DNA from: Haliotis rufescens
Lineage: Eukaryota
Direction of reading: 5' to 3'
NCBI RefSeq assembly: GCF_023055435.1
Contig: NW_025964057.1
Location: forward strand, 1,736,001-1,800,000
Length of the DNA stretch: 64,000 nt
The notes beneath the pieces are model-generated. The model saw only the letters and a program-made list of their open reading frames with translations, did not search any database and was not told the origin of the DNA. Shown here one piece after another: positions 1 through 10,300 of the stretch; position 1 is the first letter of the stretch; each line of letters opens with the position of its first letter. A program made the translations under genes and the position numbers.

Positions 1-62
1 GACATGTATTATATATGTTAAATACTTGACATGACTCAGAACGTGTTTTATTATATTACATA

Positions 63-190
63 CAGACGGAGATGGTGCTGATGGAGGAAAGCAGGGACAA
101 TGCGATAAACATGATCACAATCATGATCATCATAGCCCCAATTTCAATCCAAACTAGGAGCCCAATTTTGAGGTATTCTTTGAGATCAAT
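63..190 (-). pseudogene. Relic (copy A) of the terminal hydrophobic-tail exon of the repeat-RHIM gene family, fused to an inverted fragment of the 129-bp coding repeat
   Basis: Minus-strand 190->~102 reads IDLKEYLKIGLLVWIEIGAMMIMIVIMFIA, matching IDIKEYLKIGLSIEVMIIMIVNM of copy C. Plus-strand 63-101 (agacggagatggtgctgatggaggaaagcagggacaat, DGDGADGGKQGQ) is a repeat-unit piece in the opposite orientation. Confidence 0.7.
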
Positions 191-339
191 GTATGTATGT
201 GTGTGTGCGTAAGAAAGAAATAAAGTCAGTTAATACACCCTATCATGGCACGTTATACTATTAGAGTGCAAATAGTTATCTCCTATGGAAATGTGTATAT
301 ATTTTCCCCAAATTATGTTTTCCTTTTACACTTGACCGC

Positions 340-545
340 ATTGTGAAATTTGGGTAGGTTCCTTTTCCTCAAGTTTTGCATTCCCTACTTTTGGATATCT
401 TCATTCTTACAACCTATAAAGTGTTTTTGCTCTTAAAAGAACTCTGTCTGGGCGCATAACCACCGAACGTAACAATAAAAACAAGTGGGTTAGTGAGTGA
501 GTGAGTAAGCGCTACCTCCCCGGACGAGGCAAACCAGTGACCATA
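340..545 (-). other. Copy A intron-1 relic, paralogous to 31230-31450
   Basis: Colinear blocks shared with copy C: ttgggtaggtt, ttcctcaagttttgcat, ctataaa, gaactctgt, acaagt, gtgagtga, aggcaaaccagtgacc. Confidence 0.7.
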
Positions 546-1726
546 TCCTACTGGGTCACGTTGACATACACACAGCCTGACCAACGCTGTATTATGGCCA
601 CCTTGTGCTGCCAGCAGTGTGTTCCTAAGAATAATGTAATTTTTCTGTGAAAGCTGAAATATCAATATGAACATATGGCACGTAACAAACAGACACTGAC
701 AAAATACTTTTTCAGCCCACATGAAGCTATATATTTCAACCTATTACAAATACATCAATTATAGAATATTGGCTTTCACCTAGCTTCTAACCAACGTTTT
801 TTCAAGATATATAAATGTAAAGTTAGTCCAGGTGTGTTATTTCATTCGCCTACACGGTTAGTGGGTGACAATGCCCTGTTGACTCATCGTACACACCTTA
901 GTAGAGACATGAGACTTTCTTCAAGCTGAAAGAGATGTTACTTAGAAACACCATGCGCGCATGCGCTTGTTGTGCAATACCGAATACAAGGTCCCTCTAA
1001 GTAGAATGAAATCTGATCTTGTCTTAGGGGTGACAGATAAACTGTTCCTAAATGATACCATTGTGAATCACGGGATGACTGGTGTAATGGATCTCGTTGG
1101 CCCACTGCCTTCTCCGATCCTTGACGTGGCAGATTTGATGACGGAATGTGTTAATCTGTGGAAGTGAATAATGTTATGTTCATTTTCACGAGTGGATCCA
1201 TATCATGTTCCCCATGTACGAGTTGAGGTCAACATACTAATATGATGACTGCCTTTCGCAATAGAGACTATAATCTTTGACGGAATTATAAAAAGTAAGT
1301 TTAAGATAAACACATAAATTTGATATATATTATACACACACACATCCATAACGTTTCAACTCTTAGGTAGCACATGAGATACATTTTACTGGCGAGCGCT
1401 TTCATCTCAAACGAACTTCTTCAAACCACACACCATTCGCTAAAATGAATGATTTAGTGAGGTTGCAGACATGAACCATTTGAGGAATCAACCCTGGGTC
1501 TTTGGCTTGACGAGCGAACACTTTGACCACTACGCTTCCCCATCGCCCTCAAATAAAAGCTGAAACCGCTCGCCAATAAATGGATTGATTCAATTGCAAG
1601 CTTTTCTTCCAATACTTACACATTATACAGTATTGACAAATCGATATTGACACAGCTTTCAAGTGAAATGGAACGACAAAGCCTGAAGTCTGACAGTGGT
1701 AATCTGTATATCATGAATGCACAAAT

Positions 1727-3170
1727 ATGTGTAATATCACCCATTACAGCTTACAATGATACGCTGTACATATCAAACATTCGTTTGTGTAATATCACCC
1801 ATTACAGCTTACAATGAAACGCTGTACATATCAAACATACGTTTGTGTAATATCACCCATTACAGCTTACAGTGATACGCTGTACATATCAAACATACAA
1901 TTTTATGTATTATCATCGATTACAGCTTACAATGATACGCTGTACATATCAACATACGTTTGTGTAATATCACCCATTACAGCTTACAATGATACGCTGT
2001 ACATATCAAACATACGTTTGTGTAATATCACCCATTACAGCTTACAATGATACGCTGTACATATCAAACATTCGTTTGTGTAATATCACCCATTACAGCT
2101 TACAATGATACGCTGTACATATCAAACATTCGTTTGTGTAATATCACCCATTGCAGCTTACAATGATACGCTGTACATATCAACATACGTTTGTGTAATA
2201 TCACCCATTGCAGCTTACAATGATACGCTGTACATATCAAACATACGTTTGTGTAATATCACCCATTGCAGCTTACAATGATACGCTGTACATATCAAAC
2301 ATACGTTTGTGTAATATCACCCATTACAGCTTACAATGATACGCTGTACATATCAAACATTCGTTTGTGTAATATCACCCATTACAGTTTACAATGATAC
2401 GCTGTACATATCAAACATACGTTTGTGTAATATCACCCATTACAGCTTACAATGATACGCTGTACATATCAAACATACGTTTGTGTAATATCACCCATTA
2501 CAGCTTACAATGATACGCTGTACATATCAAACATTCGTTTGTGTAATATCACCCATTACAGTTTACAATGATACGCTGTACATATCAAACATACAATTTT
2601 ATGTATTATCATCGATTACAGCTTACAATGATACGCTGTACATATCAAACATTCGTTTGTGTAATATCACCCATTGCAGCTTACAATGATACGCTGTACA
2701 TATCAAACATACGTTTGTGTAATATCACCCATTACAGCTTACAATGATACGCTGTACATATCAGACATTCGTTTGTGTAATATCACCCATTACAGTTTAC
2801 AATGATACGCTGTACATATCAAACATACAATTTTATGTATTATCATCGATTACAGCTTACAATGATACGCTGTACATATCAACATACGTTTGTGTAATAT
2901 CACCCATTGCAGCTTACAATGATACGCTGTACATATCAAACATACGTTTGTGTAATATCACCCATTGCAGCTTACAATGATACGCTGTACATATCAAACA
3001 TACGTTTGTGTAATATCACCCATTGCAGCTTACAATGATACGCTGTTCATATCAAACATACGTTTGTGTAATATCACCCATTGCAGCTTACAATGATACG
3101 CTGTACATATCAAACATACGTTTGTGTAATATCACCCATTACAGCTTACAATGATACGCTGTACATATTA
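1727..3170. repeat. Minisatellite, ~58-bp unit, ~25 copies
   Basis: Unit gtttgtgtaatatcacccattacagcttacaatgatacgctgtacatatcaaacatac. A variant unit (aattttatgtattatcatcgattac) recurs at ~1899, ~2595 and ~2829. Confidence 0.97.
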
Positions 3171-3337
3171 CACATAATTGTTTGTGTTATGTAAGCCGAT
3201 GCGGGTTACAGTGAAAAGCTGTTTATATTAAACATACATATGTATATCTTATACCAGCTGACAGTGTATTATATCGTACTAACATTGCAAGTTATGTATA
3301 GTGCATATACAGATGTCATAATGTGCTTTATCTTTTC

Positions 3338-3402
3338 ACCGCCGTCATATAGCTGGAATATTGCTGAGTGCGGCGTTAAACAACAAACCAACCAACCAAC
3401 TA
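3338..3402 (+). mobile_element. 3' fragment of the ~270-bp SINE-like repeat also at 46580 and 63725
   Basis: ccgccgtcatatagctggaatattgctgagtgcggcgttaaacaacaaaccaacc matches the 3' end of the other copies. Confidence 0.7.
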
Positions 3403-3757
3403 TATCTTTTCAGGAACTGCATGAGAATGGTCAGTCTTTGGTTAATTAGGATATACAACCCTCTCAGTCGCGGTGAAAGATCTTCTCGGGCACGAAGGGT
3501 ACGCCGCCATGCTTTCCGGTGACCTTGACCCCGATGGGATGGACAAGCGGGTACTTCCTGCCACAAGGTTCCCCTCATGTGAACCTCTTGTGAGTGGCAC
3601 CATGCCTGATGGTCAGGAGATCGCAATCTCTTGTCGTCAAGGTCGTATGACGGCCCGCAGCTGACAGAAGCAGAGACATATAAACATTATTTTGGAAAGA
3701 CATATTAATTATTATTACAACACCGGTGGGTTTTGAGTTTACTATCAGTGAAATGCA

Positions 3758-4315
3758 TTATATTCTGCTTCTCCGTCGTCCAAAGATCCGTGGCGACTTG
3801 AGAGTAACAACCTGGTTGTCAGGTCCTCTCTGTTCGCAGACAAACACTCGGGGCCTGCCAACATACACGACGACCGTTTCTCCTATCAGTATGTTTAGGG
3901 GGATGATGTCTCCTAGGTATATATGCACAATGTTTTTCTTCCCGAGCTGTACAGTTGTTGCACTTTTTCAGATTTAGTTGACAATAATCTTTTCGAGCAA
4001 TTCATATTTTTCTCTTGAATAAAAATGTAATTTTCTTGTGGTCAATTTTTCACAACGCGCGTGGATCAGAGGGTGATCAGAGGACACTCAACACAGCTGT
4101 CTAGCGTTTGGTCAGATTGTAAGCACTGCTTGACATCTACCAACTTTTCTTTTCAACTTTTCTTTGAAACTGGCCGTGAAACAACTGTATTTAGGTGATT
4201 CATATTCTGAGAATTGAACTTGTGTTTTCTTTTGAAAGTCCGAAAGTACGACGTCACACATGGCCCCGCCGAGTGTGAACAGATCCCAGGGTCGAAAGTC
4301 ACCTCTTACCTCCAT
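3758..4315 (-). pseudogene. Decayed reading frame downstream of the copy A promoter, containing a RHIM-like motif (SATTVQLGKKNIVHI)
   Basis: One frame from ATG 4315 to TAA 3760-3758 with four internal stops. VQLG is encoded at 3952-3941. ATG GAG|GTAAGA at 4315-4304 is also a strong phase-0 donor, so this may be intronic. Confidence 0.35.
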
Positions 4316-4379
4316 TATGAAGCGTAGGAACAAGATCAATATCTGATCGAAACAGCTTCAGCTACACACCCCTTCCAGA

Positions 4380-4520
4380 AAGGAAACTACGCAATAGTGC
4401 GATGGCAGCTCTTATATACTGTCCTGTTCCCATTACCAAAACGATAACCAACCAATCGGCTACGTGCATTCAGAAGTGTACATCTTTACCAGGTGAGCGT
4501 GCATAATATCACGTGCCATT
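4380..4520 (-). promoter_or_regulatory. Pol II promoter of copy A: TATA box, CCAAT box, E-box
   Basis: TATATAAG (minus) 4418-4411, CCAAT 4452-4456, CACGTG 4510-4515. Same order and similar spacing at 15189-15288. Confidence 0.7.
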
Positions 4521-5320
4521 ATGTCCCGATTTGGGGCTTCGCGTAATGTCATTCAATTTAAAATATTTATTCAATCGGCAGTACTTTAGTGAAATTAACT
4601 AAATAATATATCGATGTAGATTAAATGGACGAAAAGATGTTGATCAAACACTGGAGGAGGTGGACACGGTATACTTAACCGGAGTCATTATTTTTTATGT
4701 AGAATGATAAGTGGTTTGTGATCTTGTGGGTGCCACTTTGAGTGATTTTCATAAGATATGGAATATGAATAAACAGCCTTCAAGGTGAATGTCTGTTTTA
4801 TTTATTGCAACATTAATTGTATCGTTTAGTGACAGGGTTTCGAATCACCGACCTTCCGCTCTCCTGACATACGCTCTAACCACTAGACCACTGAGGCCGT
4901 CAGCTATATGAGGTACACGTGTATTTAGAGGGGAAACAGAGACACAACTGACCCAGTTGTCGTAACTGTTAGTACCTGCTGGTCCTGGGTTCCAATCCTA
5001 GATTCGCATGGATTATGACCCTTGGTTAGTTGTCATCACAATGTCTGTGATCATGGGTTTCACAAACAGAGGTAGACATCTCTGATGTGCGTCATAAAGG
5101 CAGCTCAGAGATAAAGCTGACATGCTTTCATTTTTCTGAAATTCTGTTTTGTGGCTTCAGATTCAAAATGACTGAACCCACGTGACAGAATACAGACTGT
5201 GTTATGCCTGACTTCCGTCATCCGTTGTAATCTGTAATTACGTTTCTCAATATTATCATATGTGTGTATTCACAATTTCTTCAAATGACACATTAAACAC
5301 ACAATCGTTATTTCAACTGT

Positions 5321-5326
5321 TTTATT
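5321..5326 (-). terminator. Candidate polyadenylation signal of copy B
   Basis: AATAAA on minus, ~1.14 kb after the stop, conserved at the paralogous position 22722-22727. Confidence 0.5.
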
Positions 5327-5599
5327 GTTATATGTACAAAGGTATAAGGGAAAACAAAGTTAACATCCTGTTTTGAAAAATAATACTTTGTTCGTTGACA
5401 AAAATAAAGGCTCTAAAAGGAGTATGGTAGATATATACGTGTAGAGCCATCTACAGAACTCCTCTTCGAGGATACAAAAACATTTTCCGTTGATAAATAA
5501 TGTGAATAATCATCACCATCTTAGCAACAGAAAATAACAATAATTCACACGCATTGATTTAGCCGATGCGGCTTACACTTGTATTCCATACAGGAACAG

Positions 5600-6390
5600 G
5601 TAAAACCACCCTTCCTCGCCCAAAAGAGCGCACCATCTTCACTGCCACCCACATCTCACACACTCTTTCTCCTTTCCCAAGCCCAGCATGCGCAGATTTG
5701 ATGCCAGGAATCCGTGAACAGTTTTTTTTATTGAAATACGTGCCGGATACCATGATTTTGTTTAATATTTTAAACGTAGAATCTAGAGTTAATTCCACCC
5801 TTTAGAAAGACATATTAACGAGATTCATGTTCAACTGAGAGATCTACCTTATTTTCAAACTATATTTGCAAGTTTAACATTTTGCTTGAAGATGTCTAGT
5901 GGTCTAGTGGTAGAGCGTCCGCCCGGAGAGCGGAAGGTCCGGGGTTCGATCCCCGGCCGCGTCATACCAAAAGACGTTAAAAGATCGTACTTGTTGTTAC
6001 CCTGTCTGGCGCTCGGCATTAAGGGGCTAAAACAAGGACTGGTCGGCTCGGAGTCAGTATGCTGTGTCTGAGTGGGGTATTCATCTTAAACTGCGGCATG
6101 GTATCTCAGTGAGCTAGCACAAGAAATCGGCTTCAGTCCGGACTAGTACAAGCAGCCACACACACGTAAATGCACGTCGCTATATAAGTGCAATAATCTT
6201 GGACGCGACGTTAAACCACATTTCACCTCACCTCACCATAGTATCCTGCACGTATTTCAATTTTGAAAACCTGTTCACGGATTCCTGACATCAAATCTGC
6301 GCATGCTGGGCTTGGGAAAGGAGAAAGAGTGTGTGAGATGTGAGTGGCAGTGAAGATGGTGCGCTCTTTTGGGTTTGGAGGTGGTTTTGT
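5600..6390. repeat. Inverted repeat (~150-bp arms, 5600-5755 and 6237-6390) enclosing a SINE, in the predicted 3' UTR of copy B
   Basis: 6237-6390 is a close reverse complement of 5600-5755 (ORFs 5566+ and 6223- translate to nearly the same peptide). Confidence 0.9.
5899..6236 (+). mobile_element. tRNA-derived SINE with Meta/MESC-type central domain
   Basis: A box gtggtctagtgg, B box ggttcgatcc, core gtcataccaaaagacgttaaaagat...ctggcgctcggcattaagg, tail gacgttaaacc...(cacct)n. Near-identical copy at 49037. Confidence 0.85.
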
Positions 6391-6466
6391 TACGTATATA
6401 TATATATACAACAATTATATATATACCACCCCGCATGATGTTACATGCAACAGTTCAAGGATTGAT

Positions 6467-6690
6467 TTAATCCTTCATAACCATGATCAGGTTCAGGATC
6501 ATCATAACCCAAAGCCTAATCTTAAGATAAATGTCCTCGTATTTGAAGTGTGGCCTCAAGCTGCGCTTCACAGAGTTGGTTGGACGTGTGACCTTGGACT
6601 CCATACAAACTGTCCGTGTATGTTGTATGCCTGTCCTCCTTGACCTTGACCGAGGCTTCTTTCTTCCGGTTCGAACTCGTCTTGGCATTA
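6467..6690 (-). CDS. Copy B terminal exon: Arg/Lys-rich linker plus C-terminal hydrophobic tail (candidate tail anchor)
   Basis: Acceptor attatttcag|TA ATG CCA at 6691/6690 is in phase with the donor at 7302. Reads VMPRRVRTGRKKPRSRSRR...IYLKIRLWVMMILNLIMVMKD*. Same 224-nt coding length and phase as copy C. Confidence 0.75.
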
Positions 6691-7301
6691 CTGAAATAAT
6701 AATCAAAATGGAACATGAGGTTATTTAAATCACCTGGTTTCATTTGTCATTGAACCGAAATGGAATACTGAAAAATTGGAATGGGATCATGTTGAAACCA
6801 CCACGGGCATTTTCCATCAGGAGATGGTGACAATAAAAGCAGTCAGTTCATTTTTAGCAAGAAATTAACACATTCAAATTCTTTTCCCAGCAAAATATAC
6901 CCTTTAGATATACTTATTTGTTAATTATGAAAAAGAGAGAGAATATCCATGCTGTCTGAAATATATTGGTCTAGATAAGGTGTTCCCTTCCACTGATTGT
7001 TTTCATCTATTTCACCTAGTATCTTGATTGAAAACATTTTCAGTGACCATAATACGCACACTCTTACCAACATATATATGATTATACCTAATAATCTGAT
7101 ACCAGAGACAGTACTGATAATGAACTCCTTCACTATTAACTTAAGTTCTTCAGTTCATCCATTCGTCATTGGATGCAGACTTCCAACAAATGTCTACATA
7201 TCAGGTCCAAGTAATTTGTCGCACTAATGGTACTGAAAAGAAACGATCTGCAGTTCACACTATGTAGCGTATAAAAGGTAGACAGTTAAGAAATTGCACA
7301 C

Positions 7302-10300
7302 CAGTCACTTGTACTATGCTGTTATTATTGCCGCACTGCACGTTGGAGATATCTGCACCAATGTCCAGTATCGAGCTCTGCCTTCCTCCATCAACAGCAT
7401 CTTTTCTCTGGCTACTTTCCCTGTCACCATCATCTCCACCACCAACATATTGTCCCTGCCTTCCTTCAACCGAGCCATCTCCGTCTCTTCTCCTTCCTAC
7501 ACCGACACCAGTGCCTCCTCTATCTCTCCTCCCAGAGGAATATTGATCTCTCCTCCACCTCCCTCCACCATCGTCATATTCTCCCTGCCTTCCTTCAACC
7601 GACCCATCTCCGTCTCTTCTCCTTCCTCCAATGACGTCAGTGCCTCCTCTATCTCTCCTTCCAGAGGAATATTGATCTCTCCTCCACCTCCCCCCACTAT
7701 CGTCATATTCTTCCTTCCTTCCTTCAACCGAGCCATCTCCGTCTCTTCTCCTTCCTCCACCGACACCAGTGCCTCCTCTATCTCTCCTTCCAGAGGAATA
7801 TTGATCTCTCCTCCACCTTCCCCCACCATCGTCATATTCTCCCTGCCTTCCTTCAACCGAGCAATCTCCGTCTCTTCTCCTTCCTCCACCGACACCAGTG
7901 CCTCCTCTATCTCTCCCTCCAGGTGAATATTGATCCCTCCTCCCTCTTCCTCGCCCACCAACATTTTCTCCCTGCTTTCCTTCAACCGAGCCATCTCCGT
8001 CTTCTCTCCTTCCTCCACCGACTCCAGTGCCTCCTCTATCTCTCCTTCCAGAGGAATATTGATCTCTCCTCCACCTTCCTCCACCATCGTCATATTCTCC
8101 CTGCCTTCCTTCAACCGAGCCATCTCCGTCTCTTCTCCTTCCTCCACCGACACAAGTGCCTCCTCTATCTCTCCTTCTAGAGGAATATTGATCTCTCCTC
8201 CACCTCCCCCCACTTTCGTCATATTCTTCCTGCCTTCCTTCAACCGAGCCATCTCCGTCTCTTCTCCTTCCTCCACCGACACCAGTGCCTCCTCTATCTC
8301 TCCCTCCAGGTGAATATTGATCCCTCCTCCATCTTCCTCGCCCACCAACATTTTCTCCCTGCTTTCCTTCAACCGAGCCATCTCCGTCTTTTCTCCTTCC
8401 TCTACCGACACCAGTGCCTCCTCTATCTCTCCCTCCAGGTGAATATTGATCCCTCCTCCATCTTCCTCGCCCACCAACATTTTCTCCCTGCTTTCCTTCA
8501 ACCGAGCCAACTCCGTCTCCTCTCCTTCCTCCACCGACTCCAGTGCCTCCTCTATCTCTCCTTCCAGAGGAATATTGATCTCTCCTCCACCTTCCCCCAC
8601 CATCGTCATATTCTCCCTGCCTTCCTTCAACCGAGCAATCTCCGTCTCTTCTCCTTCCTCCACCGACACCAGTGCCTCCTCTATCTCTCCTTCCAGAGGA
8701 ATATTGATCTCTGCTCCACCTCCCTCCACTATCGTCATATTCTTCCTTCCTTCCTTCAACAGAGCCATCTCCGTCTCTTCTCCTTCCTCCACCGACACCA
8801 GTGCCTCCTCTATCTCTCCTTCCAGAGGAATATTGATCTCTCCTCCACCTCCCCCCACTATCGTCATATTCTTCCTTCCTTCCTTCAACCGAGCCATTTC
8901 CGTCTCCTCTCCTTCCTCCACCGACTCCTGTGTCTCCTCTATCTCTCCCTCCAGTGGAATATTGATCTCTCCTCCATCTTCCTCCACCATCGTCATATTC
9001 TCCCTGCCTTCCTTCAACCGAGCCATCTCCGTCTCTTCTCCTTCCTCCACCGACACCAGTGCCTCCTCTATCTCTCCCTCCAGGTGAATATTGATCCCTC
9101 CTCCATCTTCCTCGCCCACCAACATTTTCTCCCTGCTTTCCTTCAACCGAGCCATTTCCGTCTCCTCTCCTTCCTCCACCGACTCCAGTGTCTCCTCTAT
9201 CTCTCCCTCCAGTGGAATATTGATCTCTCCTCCATCTTCCTCCACCATCGTCATATTGTCCCTGCTTTCCTTCAACCGAGCCATCTCCGTCTCTTCTCCT
9301 TCCTCCACCGACACAAGTGCCTCCTCTATCTCTCCTTCCAGAGAAATATTGATCTCTTCTCCACCTCCCTCCACCATCGTCATATTCTCCCTGCCTTCCT
9401 TCAACCGAGCAATCTCCGTCTCTTCTCCTTCCTCCACCGACACCAGTGCCTCCTCTGTCTCTCCTTCCAGAGGAATATTGATCTCTGCTCCACCTCCCTC
9501 CACTATCGTCATATTCTTCCTTCCTTCCTTCAACAGAGCCATCTCCGTCTCTTCTCCTTCCTCCACCGACACCAGTGCCTCCTCTATCTCTCCTGCCAGA
9601 GGAATATTGATCTCTCCTCCACCTCCCCCCACTATCGTCATATTCTTCCTTCCTTCCTTCAACCGAGCCATTTCCGTCTCTTCTCCTTCCTCCACCGACA
9701 CCAGTGCCTCCTCTATCTCTCCCACCAGGTGAATATTGATCTCTCCTCCATCTTCCTCGCCCACCAACATTTTCTCCCTGCCTTCCTTCAACCGAGCCAT
9801 CTCCGTCTCCTCTCCTTCCTCCACCGACTCCAGTGCCTCCTCTATCTCTCCCTCCAGTGGAATATTGATCTCTCCTCCATCTTCCTCCACCATCGTCATA
9901 TTCTCCCTGCTTTCCTTCAACCGAGCCATCTCCGCCTCTTCTCCTTCCTCCAATGACGTCAGTGCCTCCTCTATCTCTCCTTCCAGAGGAATATTGATCT
10001 CTCCTCCACCTCCCCCCACTATCGTCATATTCTCCCTGCCTTCTTTCAACTGAGCCATCTCCGTCCCTTCTCCTTCCTCCACCGACACCAGTGCCTCCTC
10101 TATCTCTCCCTCCAGGTGAATATTGATCCCTCCTCCATCTTCCTCGCCCACCAACATTTTCTCCCTGCTTTCCTTCAACCGAGCTACCTCCTCGTCTCCT
10201 TCCTCCACCGACTCCAGTGCCTCCTCTATCTCTCCTTCCAGAGGAATATTGATCTCTCCTCCACCTTCCTCCACCATCGTCATATTCTCCCTGCCTTCCT

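Noticed and set aside
5899-5970. tRNA genes at SINE heads (also ~39945-40017, 49037 and 55018)
   Set aside because: Each continues into a SINE body and tail and occurs in several diverged copies.
6921-7227. ORFs in intron 2 of copy B
   Set aside because: Nucleotide similarity to 23900-24300 reflects the duplication, and no matching ORF appears in copy C.
7255-7301. Unspliced C-terminus GVQFLNCLPFIRYIV (and GMQFLNNLPCITLYTT in C)
   Set aside because: Both copies have a GT donor at the same position, in phase with a conserved downstream exon. Intron retention giving an anchor-less isoform cannot be excluded.
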